Assembly (NCBI GenBank): GCA_047602405.1 | Contig: JASGHJ010000001.1 | Location: 320,001 to 384,000 of the forward strand | Origin: Anaeromyxobacteraceae bacterium | GTDB taxonomy: Bacteria; Myxococcota; Myxococcia; Myxococcales; Anaeromyxobacteraceae | Direction of reading: 5' to 3' | DNA length: 64,000 bases | Part shown: piece by piece, positions 40,765 to 48,563 of the stretch | Position numbering within the stretch: the first letter of the stretch is position 1 | Layout: every line of letters starts with the position of its first letter | The notes under the pieces: generated by a model | Seen by the model: only the letters and a program-made list of their open reading frames with translations | The model's database searches: none | Told to the model about the DNA's origin: nothing | Position numbers and translations under genes: made by a program

Positions 40765-42273
40765 ATGACCACGCTCCGAGCCCCGACCCCGCTCTCACGG
40801 ACCCTGCTCCCCCCGAGGTTCATCGCCGCGCTCGCCGCGGCGCTGATCGCGGCGACGCCCGCCGCGGCGGCCGCCGCCGACGCCGCCGGCGAGGCCCAGC
40901 GCATCGCGGCGTCGCTCGCGAACCAGCTCACCGTCCGCCCGCCGCGCACCCCGGTGCAGCGCGTGACCGTCGCGCCGCTCCGCGAGGTCGGCGCCGCCGC
41001 CGCCGGCCGTGGCAAGGCCTTCTCCGAGGCGCTCGAGGCCGCGCTCGCGCGCGGCGGCAAGCTCGAGGTCCGCGCCTGGGGCGCGCTCGACCAGGCCCTG
41101 CGCGAGAAGGCGCTCTCCGGCGCGCAGGAGGGCGTGCCGGGCGTGGCGCCCATCCCGAACGTGCAGGGGCTCGTCATGGGCGAGGCGGTCGCCCCTGCCG
41201 ACGGCGGCCCGGTGCGGCTCACCGTGCGGCTCGTGCTCGTGCCCTCCGGCGCGGTGGCCGCGAGCGAATCCGGGCGGCTCGACGCCTCGGCGGCCCCGTC
41301 CGCGGCGTCGCCCACGCCCTCGCTCCAGGCGACCGCCGTCCCGCCCCCGCCGCCGCCCGCCGGGCCGTCGCCCGAGGCCCGCCAGCGCGCGGTCGCGGAG
41401 TCGGCGTCGGTCGACGTCGCCATCCGGCGCATGGCCGACCAGCTCGCCGCGGGCTTCGCGCGGCTGCCCGGGAACGCGCGCTACCGGCGCCTCGCCGTGC
41501 TGCAGTTCACCGACGCGGGCCCCGAGGCGAAGAAGCGCGAGCTCGGCACGGTGGTGTCCGCGGAGCTCGCGACCGACCTCAGGCGCGACCACGGCCTGCT
41601 GCTGGTGGAGCGCGAGAAGATGGGCGCGGTCCTCGCCGAGGCGAAGCTCGGCGCGATGGGGCTCACCGACGCGCGCGACGCCTCGAAGGTCGGCGCGCTC
41701 GCCGACGCGCAGGCGCTCGTCGTCGGCCAGGTCTCCGACGCGGGCGGGAAGTTCCTGCTCTCGGCGCGGATCCTCTCCGCCGACACGGGCGAGACGCTCG
41801 CCGCGGCCTCCGAGTCGGTGGCCGCCGCGACCCTCGTCGCGCTGTCCTCGGACTCGGTGGTGCTGCGGTCGAAGAAGGACGCGCTCTTCCGCTCGATGGT
41901 GCTGCCGGGCTTCGGCCAGCTCTACAACCGCCAGCCCGTGAAGGCCGCGGTCTTCATCGGCGCCGAGGCGGCGCTCCTCGGCGGCGCGGCGTTCCTGCAC
42001 CTCGCCGGCGCCTCGAAGGAGGACGCGTACAAGAAGTACACGCCCGCGGACGGGACCGACCCCACCACCGCCGCGGCCGAGGCCCGCAGCCTGCGCGACG
42101 CCGCCGAGGCCCGCTACGGCCAGCGCAACTGGGCCATCGCCGGCGCCGCCGCGGTGTGGCTCGTGAACGCCGCCGACGCGTACTTCTCGGGCGTGGACGG
42201 CGAGAAGCTCACGGTCGCACCCACCGGCACCCCCGCCGGCGGCTTCGGCCTCGCGCTCGCCGGGAGGTTCTGA
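40765..42273 (+). CDS. Secreted CsgG/FlgO-like domain protein with DUF5683-like C-terminus
   Basis: Signal peptide; RLAVLQF..LVERE..ADAQALVVGQV..LSARILSADTGE; RSMVLPGFGQLYN; ends GLALAGRF. Confidence 0.7.
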   Translation: MTTLRAPTPLSRTLLPPRFIAALAAALIAATPAAAAAADAAGEAQRIAASLANQLTVRPPRTPVQRVTVAPLREVGAAAAGRGKAFSEALEAALARGGKLEVRAWGALDQALREKALSGAQEGVPGVAPIPNVQGLVMGEAVAPADGGPVRLTVRLVLVPSGAVAASESGRLDASAAPSAASPTPSLQATAVPPPPPPAGPSPEARQRAVAESASVDVAIRRMADQLAAGFARLPGNARYRRLAVLQFTDAGPEAKKRELGTVVSAELATDLRRDHGLLLVEREKMGAVLAEAKLGAMGLTDARDASKVGALADAQALVVGQVSDAGGKFLLSARILSADTGETLAAASESVAAATLVALSSDSVVLRSKKDALFRSMVLPGFGQLYNRQPVKAAVFIGAEAALLGGAAFLHLAGASKEDAYKKYTPADGTDPTTAAAEARSLRDAAEARYGQRNWAIAGAAAVWLVNAADAYFSGVDGEKLTVAPTGTPAGGFGLALAGRF

Positions 42274-42281
42274 GCCGGGCG

Positions 42282-42725
42282 CTACCTCACGAGCTCCTTG
42301 ACGAGGTGCACGCCGAGCGCGCGCAGCCCCTCGTCGAGGATCGCCCGGCCGCGCGGCGTGTCGAGCGTGGCGCGCATCTGCTCCGGCGCGACGCCGATCT
42401 CGAGCTCGAGCCGCACGAGCACGGCGGCGAGCGCGGGCGTGTCGGGCGCGGGCTTCACCTTGCCGCGGCGGGCCGCGAGCCCCTTCGAGAGCCGATCGAC
42501 GAGCGCGTCGTCGGTCGTGCGCGGCCCCTGCTTCGCCTCGAGCCCCGCGGAGAGCGCGCCGTACAGGAGCTCGAGCACGCCCGGGGCCGCGACCGCGCGG
42601 GAGAGCCGGTCGGCCGCCTCCTCGTCGTCGACGTCGCGCATGGCGCCGTAGGTCGGGACGAGCAGCGCCACGACGTCCTGGCGGGTGACCACGTGCGGCA
42701 GGCGCCGCGAGAAGAGGGCCGTCAT
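42282..42725 (-). CDS. Hypothetical protein
   Basis: MTALFSRRLPH..., 147 aa, good codon bias, fills the gap between convergent/divergent genes. Confidence 0.7.
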   Translation of the reverse strand: MTALFSRRLPHVVTRQDVVALLVPTYGAMRDVDDEEAADRLSRAVAAPGVLELLYGALSAGLEAKQGPRTTDDALVDRLSKGLAARRGKVKPAPDTPALAAVLVRLELEIGVAPEQMRATLDTPRGRAILDEGLRALGVHLVKELVR

Positions 42726-42764
42726 GGGGAGGGGTGTACCGCGGGGCTTGACCGGGAGCCTTAT

Positions 42765-42780
42765 GTTAGCTATGGCTAAC
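42765..42780. promoter_or_regulatory. Probable ArsR autoregulatory operator
   Basis: Palindrome GTTAGC-TATG-GCTAAC 8 bp before the ArsR ATG; TTGACC at 42748-42753. Confidence 0.6.
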
Positions 42781-42788
42781 GGTAAGTC

Positions 42789-43127
42789 ATGACGAACGCT
42801 CACCCGCACGCCCGCATGCTCGACGCCCTCGGCGACCCCACCCGGCGGGCCGTCTTCGAGCGGCTCGCGGGAGGGCCGCTGCCGGTCGGCGCGCTCGCCG
42901 CCGGGCTGCCGGTCTCGCGCCCCGCGGTCTCCCAGCACCTGCGCGTCCTCAAGGACGCGGGGCTGGTGATCGACCGCGCGGAGGGCACGCGGCGGCTCTA
43001 CCAGGCCAACCCCCAGGGGCTCGAGGTGCTCCGCGCGTACCTCGACCGGTTCTGGGATCGCGCGCTCCAGGCCTTCGCGGCCGAGGCGGAGCGCGTCGCG
43101 CGCGTCGAGAGGAAGGGACGGTCATGA
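42789..43127 (+). CDS. ArsR/SmtB family transcriptional regulator
   Basis: ALGDPTRR, SRPAVSQHLRVLKDAGLV, GTRRLY. Confidence 0.92.
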   Translation: MTNAHPHARMLDALGDPTRRAVFERLAGGPLPVGALAAGLPVSRPAVSQHLRVLKDAGLVIDRAEGTRRLYQANPQGLEVLRAYLDRFWDRALQAFAAEAERVARVERKGRS

Positions 43128-43627
43128 GCGCAGCGGTGTCGCAGGCGGGCGTCGCGCCCGTGCGGAAGACGATCGTGGTCGCGGCGCCGCGCGAGACGGC
43201 GTTCCGGGTGTTCACGCAGGGCTTCGCCCGCTGGTGGCCGCTCGCGACCCACAAGATCGGGGCCGCGGCCGCGGTGGAGGCGGTGATCGAGCCGCGGGTG
43301 GGCGGGCGGTGGTACGAGCGCGGGACGGACGGCGTCGAGACGCCCTGGGGCGAGGTCCTCGCGTGGGAACCGCCGTCGCGCCTCGTGCTGGTCTGGCGCA
43401 TCGGCGCCGACTGGCAGTGCCACCCCGAGCTCCACACCGAGGTCGAGGTGCGCTTCATCGCCGAGGACCCGGGCCGGACCCGGGTCGAGCTCGAGCACCG
43501 GCGCCTCGACGCCTTCGGTGAGAAGGCCGGCGAGATGCGCGGGGTGTTCGACTCGGAGGGCGGCTGGACCGGCCTCCTCGCGGCCTACGGCAAGGCGGTG
43601 GCGGGGGAGGCCGCGAGGGCCGGCTGA
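43124..43627 (+). CDS. SRPBCC/AHSA1-like protein
   Basis: AFRVFT..WWP, EPRVGGRWYE, WEPPSRLVLVW, TEVEVRF, GW; ATGA overlap with arsR. Confidence 0.9.
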   Translation: MSAAVSQAGVAPVRKTIVVAAPRETAFRVFTQGFARWWPLATHKIGAAAAVEAVIEPRVGGRWYERGTDGVETPWGEVLAWEPPSRLVLVWRIGADWQCHPELHTEVEVRFIAEDPGRTRVELEHRRLDAFGEKAGEMRGVFDSEGGWTGLLAAYGKAVAGEAARAG

Positions 43628-43738
43628 GCGCCGGAACGCCCCTTCAGCAGCGCGGCGTCGGCACGAGGCGCGACCGGGGCACGCGGCCCCGCCCGGGCGG
43701 GGGTGTCACGCGCGAGGCCGAGGGACGTTCCAGCCCTC

Positions 43739-44503
43739 ATGGCTCCCTCCCCACCCCGGCCGCTCCGCGCCGCCGCGCTGCTCCTCGTCGCCGCCCTCTC
43801 CGGCTGCGCCTTCGCGCTCGGCGGCACCTCCGCCCACCCGCGGGCGGTCTACGAGGACGACTTCACGGCCCAGAAGTGGAAGCCCATCGGCGGCGGCTGG
43901 TACCGGTACGACGGCGTCGTCTCCATCGCCGCGGTCGGCAACCTCGGCCTGGGCGTGAGCGCCGGCCAGAAGTACCTGCGGCTCGACGGCGGCCTCTCCG
44001 ACCGGAAGGCGACGCCCGGCGCCGGCGCCGAGCGCCACGTCGATCTCAACCTCGCGGTCTGGCGCCTCGGCGTGAGCTGCTCGTTCGGCATCTTCGACCA
44101 GTGGGTCGACTACGCGGGCGGCTACCGGATGGCGTGGACCGGGAAGCTCCTCGCCCCGCGGGTCTCGTTCGCGCCGGTCTCGTGGGCGAGCGTCTACGCC
44201 GGCTACGGGTTCCTCTCGGGCCGCGACCTCACCGTGGGCCCCTTCGACCCGGACACGAAGTGGTGGGGCACCGCCTTCCAGAAGAACGGCCGCGACGGGA
44301 TCGCGAAGTACACGACCGGCAAGGGGACCCAGAAGTTCGCGGGCGTCGACGTGACGGCGATGCGGGTCGGGCGCGGGAAGCTCGGCGTGAAGATCGAGTA
44401 CCAGGAGACGGCGTCCGAGCCGCTCGGGCTCCCCGGGATGTCGGCCGACGCCCGGTTCAGGTCGAAGGGGCTCGGGATCGAGGCGTACCTCGGCTCGTTC
44501 TGA
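43739..44503 (+). CDS. Hypothetical lipoprotein, possibly an outer-membrane beta-barrel
   Basis: Lipobox LSGC; amphipathic beta-strands; C-terminal GIEAYLGSF. Confidence 0.65.
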   Translation: MAPSPPRPLRAAALLLVAALSGCAFALGGTSAHPRAVYEDDFTAQKWKPIGGGWYRYDGVVSIAAVGNLGLGVSAGQKYLRLDGGLSDRKATPGAGAERHVDLNLAVWRLGVSCSFGIFDQWVDYAGGYRMAWTGKLLAPRVSFAPVSWASVYAGYGFLSGRDLTVGPFDPDTKWWGTAFQKNGRDGIAKYTTGKGTQKFAGVDVTAMRVGRGKLGVKIEYQETASEPLGLPGMSADARFRSKGLGIEAYLGSF

Positions 44504-44532
44504 CCTCGAGCCCTCTCGGACGGAGACACGCC

Positions 44533-45315
44533 ATGCACGCCAGGACCTTCACGCTCGCCCTCGGCCTCGGCCTCGCCGCCTGCAAGCAGGGCGACCCGCA
44601 GCCCCTCGAACCGCTCCCCGTGGGCGAGCACTGCGCCGTCGACGGCTCCGGCGGCGTCGGCCTCGTGATCACGGCCGCGCAGATCGGCCTCACGGTGAAC
44701 GGCACGTTCCAGCCGTACGCGAACGGCGCCCACGTCGAGGTGATGCCGTACTCCTTCGAGTCGTACCTGAACGTGCCGCACTTCGTGACGGCGGCGACCC
44801 TGCGCGCGACCCCGCCCGCGAACGTCACCGAGGCGACCCTCTGCGGCGCGGTCGGGACGGGGAGCGGCAGCGACGAGTTCAACTACGTCTTCCACCGGCA
44901 GGGGGCGTACCTCGTGGCGGAGAACGTGCTCGTCGACGTCGCCGACTCCCCCGGCGCGCTCCAGGACAACCTCTCGACGGGGGTGCTGTTCACGCTCGGC
45001 AACCGGACCTTCCGCGCCGACACGCCGGTGCTGCTCGTCACGCTCGTCGACGAGGAGGGGTTGCCGCTCTTCCCTGAGCGGCTCGAAGGGCGGCGCTGCT
45101 TCAGGGCTGCGGGCCACCCGCCGCGCCGCCTGCGCCGCGGACCACCCGCGCCCGCACGCCCGGCCCGGGCGCGCCGAGCACCGTCACCTCGCCGTCCGCC
45201 ACCTCGACGTCGAGCCGCGCGTCCGGCGCGAAGCCGCGCGCGTCGAGCGTCACCCGGCCGCGCCCGAGCCGCAGGCGGAAGGGCTTCGGGGTCGAGGACG
45301 GGACGACCAGCCTGA
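44533..45315 (+). CDS. Hypothetical lipoprotein (true end probably ~45077)
   Basis: GGAG SD, lipobox LAAC. Coding-like to ~45075, then an Arg/Pro-rich tail overlapping the convergent gene by 215 bp. Confidence 0.6.
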   Translation: MHARTFTLALGLGLAACKQGDPQPLEPLPVGEHCAVDGSGGVGLVITAAQIGLTVNGTFQPYANGAHVEVMPYSFESYLNVPHFVTAATLRATPPANVTEATLCGAVGTGSGSDEFNYVFHRQGAYLVAENVLVDVADSPGALQDNLSTGVLFTLGNRTFRADTPVLLVTLVDEEGLPLFPERLEGRRCFRAAGHPPRRLRRGPPAPARPARARRAPSPRRPPPRRRAARPARSRARRASPGRARAAGGRASGSRTGRPA

Positions 45316-46405
45316 GGTCGGTCCGCCGCTCGGTGAACCAGCCCAGGCGGTCGATGCCGAGCACCGCCGCCTCGGGCTCCTCGCGGAAGGCGAAGACCAC
45401 CTTGCTCGTGGGGAAGCCGAAGGCGCGCACGTCGTAGGCGGCGCGGAAGTCCTGCCCGGCCTCGATGGTCACGTCGGCGCGATCGAGCGCGACCTCGAAC
45501 GCGGCGGAGCGGCTCGCGGCGACCTCGCCGGCGCTCCGCGCGAAGGCCTTCGAGGAGACGTAGGGCGTCGCGACGAGCGCGGCGCCGGTGAGGAGCGCGA
45601 GCGCGCCGCCGCCCACGAGGGTCGCCACCCGGGCCTGCCGCCGCTCGGCGACGGAGTCGAGCGCGGCGTCGGCGCCGGCCGGCGCGGGGGCGTCCTCGCG
45701 ATCGAGGTCCATCGCGTGGTGGACGAGCAGCGCGACGAGCCACACGAGCCCCCCCGACCAGAGCACGTCGGAGAGGAAGTGCCCGCCCGCCATCATGCGG
45801 GCCGCGCCGAGGAGCCCGCCCGCGGCGAGGCCCGCCGCGAGGAAGGCGCGGCCGAGCGCGGGACGCCGGCGCCGGAGCGCGAGCCAGGGCACCGCGAGGT
45901 AGAAGCCCATGGAGCAATGGCCGCAGGGGAACGACTTCCCCTCGACGCCGCCGGGGCTGCCGAGCCGCGGCCAGCCCACCGGCAGGAACGCGTCGCGCCC
46001 GCCGAGCTCGACCACGTCGCGCGGCCGCGGCCGGCCGTAGTGGTCCTTGAGCGTCGCGTTCACGACGAGCCCCGGCCCGAGCGCGACGACGAGCACGAGG
46101 AAGAGCGCCGGCCGCCGCCAGGCGCCAAGCCGCCGCGGGTACCAGTAGGTCGCGGTGAGGAGGACGAGCGCGCCCGCCGCGAGCAGCACGCCCGCGAAGA
46201 CGCCGTACCGGTAGACGAAGCGCCAGGGCTCGCGGTCGGCGAGGGGGAAGGTGCAGCAGGCGGGGAGGCGGGCCGGATCGGCGCTCGCGACCGCCCGCGC
46301 CGCCGCGAGGTCGAGCGGGAACGCCCAGAAGAGCGCGGTCAGCCCCGCGAGCGCGGCGAGCGTCGCGAGGAGCTGGGTGCGGACGTGGCCGGTGGGCCAG
46401 CGCAT
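45101..46405 (-). CDS. PAP2-family membrane phosphatase with C-terminal soluble extension
   Basis: KDHYGRPRP, SFPCGH, RMMAGGHFLSDV. Confidence 0.85.
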   Translation of the reverse strand: MRWPTGHVRTQLLATLAALAGLTALFWAFPLDLAAARAVASADPARLPACCTFPLADREPWRFVYRYGVFAGVLLAAGALVLLTATYWYPRRLGAWRRPALFLVLVVALGPGLVVNATLKDHYGRPRPRDVVELGGRDAFLPVGWPRLGSPGGVEGKSFPCGHCSMGFYLAVPWLALRRRRPALGRAFLAAGLAAGGLLGAARMMAGGHFLSDVLWSGGLVWLVALLVHHAMDLDREDAPAPAGADAALDSVAERRQARVATLVGGGALALLTGAALVATPYVSSKAFARSAGEVAASRSAAFEVALDRADVTIEAGQDFRAAYDVRAFGFPTSKVVFAFREEPEAAVLGIDRLGWFTERRTDLRLVVPSSTPKPFRLRLGRGRVTLDARGFAPDARLDVEVADGEVTVLGAPGPGVRARVVRGAGGAAGGPQP

Positions 46406-46420
46406 TCGACGCCCCGAATA

Positions 46421-48256
46421 TCATCTCCGGTCCCGGGCTGTCTCCTCGGCGCCGGGTGGGTCCTCGCGTCCGGTTGCGTCGCTGGCTTCGGCGTCGTGCT
46501 CGCCTTCGGTCGCGGCCTGGCTCACCTCCGCCTCCTGCACGACCTTCCACGGCAAGCCTTCCTTCGCCGCGGCGACCTCCCGCCAGCCGAGGATCCAGGT
46601 CAGCCTGTCGGGCGCGGAGCCGGACACGGAGATGTTCCCGGCGTGGAGGCCGCGCAGGTGGTGCGGCTTGCACATGCCGGTCTGGTTCTCCTCCGAGTCG
46701 TCGCCGCCCTGCGAGCGGAACACGATGTGGTGGACGTCGTCGCCGACGCGTGAGCAGCCCGCCACCGTGCACTCGCCGCCGTCGCGCACCATCACCGGGT
46801 GCGCGTTCTTCAGCTTCTCGTGCACGATCGGCGCCCAGACCTCCACGCAGTGCCGCGCGATGGCCTCGATCGCGTCCGGGAGGGGTATCCAGTGCCCCGC
46901 GGCCTTCCGGGCGGCCTGGACGGCCTCCGCGAGGAGGCCGTCGATCTCCTCGGTGACGAAGACGTCGAGGTAGTCCCTGTTCCACATCTGGCTGTGAAGC
47001 TCCGCCATCGTCTCCCGCTGGAGCGTGATGCAGGTCTTCCCGGCGGCCTCCTCGATCTTCGCGGCGACGTCCTCCGCCGTGGCGAGCTTCGACACCAACC
47101 GCGCCTGCTCGTAGGAGAGCTTCCCGGACCGCATCGCCTCGCGGAGCTCCGGGAGCTCCTGGCACTTCTGCTCGAGCGCGATGCGGTTCTTCACCGTGGA
47201 CACCGCGAGCCCGAGCCGCTCGTCGCAGTAATGCTGGAAGGTGGCGAACCCGAGCGCGCGCCAGGCGCGGGTCGTCTTCACCTCCAGGCAGACCTTGCCG
47301 AGCTTCTCGTCCCGGTCGTTCCGCTGGCGGACGAGCTCGATGAGCTCGTCCTTTAGGGCGTAGGAGTCGGGCGGCCAGGTCTTCTCGAGCGCGGGTGCCG
47401 GGACAGGCTCGGCCTGCACGAGCTCCGCCCAGGCGTTCGACCTGGCCTCGTACCCGGCGCGGAGCTCCGGGTTCGGCTCGACCGGCCGGCCGAGCCCGGT
47501 GCACTTCGGGCCGCGGAGCTCGCCGTCGAGCGGTGCGGGGTGGGAGGAGAGGTACTCCATCGCCATGAAGCGCAGGCACTCCGCGATCGTGCGCGGCGCC
47601 TCGTCGAGGTAGCCCGCGAGGTCGACCGCGGCGCGGACGCAGCCGAGCGCCTTCACCCCGAGGAACTTCTTGATGTGGAGCCAGACCGGCTCCTTGTCCT
47701 CGTCCTCGTCGAACGCGGCGGCGCTGACCTTGCCCTCGCTCGCCGTGCCGTCGCACGAAGCGACGTCCCTCGCCGACCCCTCGCTCGCACCGGCCTCGTC
47801 CGCCGTGCGCTCCTTCTCCACCGACTCCTCCACCGACTCCTTCACCGCCGCCTCGAGCTGCCGCACCGTCGAGACCTTCGCGGCCTCGACCCAGCGCGCC
47901 TCCTCGTCGCCGATGGCGACCTTCAATATCTCCTCGGCCTTCCTCCGGGAGATCTCCCCCGCGAACACTGCGGCCTTGAGGAGCGGGCGCTTGCGGAGCC
48001 TCTGCTCGAAGCGCACGAGCCGGCGCACGAAGGCAGCCTTGAGGCCCAGCTTCTCGCGCGCGAAGTCGGTGATCTGCGAGTAGCCGAGCTCGAGCTCGCC
48101 GGAGACGTCCATGAGCTCGCCGAGCTTCTGGCCGATCGCGAGGTCGAGCGCGCCGCGATCGCGGGCGACGCGCACCGCGAGGGCGTCGAGCGCGACGAAG
48201 CCGCCGCCAGGCAGCGTTTCGGAGCCGACCTCAGGGGTGGCGGAGCCCTCGACCAT
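46421..48256 (-). CDS. HNH endonuclease with duplicated DUF222/13E12-like domain
   Basis: C-terminal RDGGECTVAGC..DVHHIVFRSQGG...NQTGMCKPHH; two LG(Y/F)....(F/Y)..E(K/R)LGL repeats. Confidence 0.85.
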   Translation of the reverse strand: MVEGSATPEVGSETLPGGGFVALDALAVRVARDRGALDLAIGQKLGELMDVSGELELGYSQITDFAREKLGLKAAFVRRLVRFEQRLRKRPLLKAAVFAGEISRRKAEEILKVAIGDEEARWVEAAKVSTVRQLEAAVKESVEESVEKERTADEAGASEGSARDVASCDGTASEGKVSAAAFDEDEDKEPVWLHIKKFLGVKALGCVRAAVDLAGYLDEAPRTIAECLRFMAMEYLSSHPAPLDGELRGPKCTGLGRPVEPNPELRAGYEARSNAWAELVQAEPVPAPALEKTWPPDSYALKDELIELVRQRNDRDEKLGKVCLEVKTTRAWRALGFATFQHYCDERLGLAVSTVKNRIALEQKCQELPELREAMRSGKLSYEQARLVSKLATAEDVAAKIEEAAGKTCITLQRETMAELHSQMWNRDYLDVFVTEEIDGLLAEAVQAARKAAGHWIPLPDAIEAIARHCVEVWAPIVHEKLKNAHPVMVRDGGECTVAGCSRVGDDVHHIVFRSQGGDDSEENQTGMCKPHHLRGLHAGNISVSGSAPDRLTWILGWREVAAAKEGLPWKVVQEAEVSQAATEGEHDAEASDATGREDPPGAEETARDRR

Positions 48257-48258
48257 GA

Positions 48259-48274
48259 CTGTACCAGTGTGCAG
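48259..48274. promoter_or_regulatory. Putative LexA/SOS box
   Basis: CTGTACCAGTGTGCAG (CTG-N10-CAG, flanked ACTG/CAGT) 2 bp from the HNH start codon. Confidence 0.55.
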
Positions 48275-48444
48275 TATGGGTCTGACATTTTCGTTGGGGC
48301 GCAGCGAGATCCCCCATCTGGGACGCTGGCTGGGAGTACAGCGGAGGTCGAGTCAAAGACCGGGGGCGGCCCCCTCACCCGCCGGGTGACGCATTCACTT
48401 CGAGTCCCTCTTCCCCGGTAGGGATCACCGAAGAGTCCGGTTCT

Positions 48445-48510
48445 CTCTCCGTCTCCGTCTCCGGCTCCGTCTCCGTCTCCGTCTCCGGCTCCCTCTCCGA
48501 CTCCGCCTCC
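48445..48510. repeat. Intergenic hexamer tandem repeat (NNCTCC)x11
   Basis: ctctcc gtctcc gtctcc ggctcc gtctcc gtctcc gtctcc ggctcc ctctcc gactcc gcctcc. Confidence 0.9.
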
Positions 48511-48563
48511 CGCCTCCCTTCCTTCGCTCGCCCCGAGGGCCCGGGCTCGTCTACGCTGCCCCC

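Noticed and set aside
31611..41432. 3273-aa minus-strand ORF and other long antisense or alternate-frame ORFs (60..1733, 3093..5648, 6229..9141, 9391..12228, 12906..16004, 31541..35395, 57526..60771)
   Set aside because: Shadow ORFs of high-GC3 genes: Arg/Gly/Val-rich, no motifs, and they overlap well-supported CDSs.
46421..48256. HNH protein as IscB/Cas9-like RNA-guided nuclease
   Set aside because: No PLMP or RuvC motifs recognised; the HNH is C-terminal after DUF222-like repeats.
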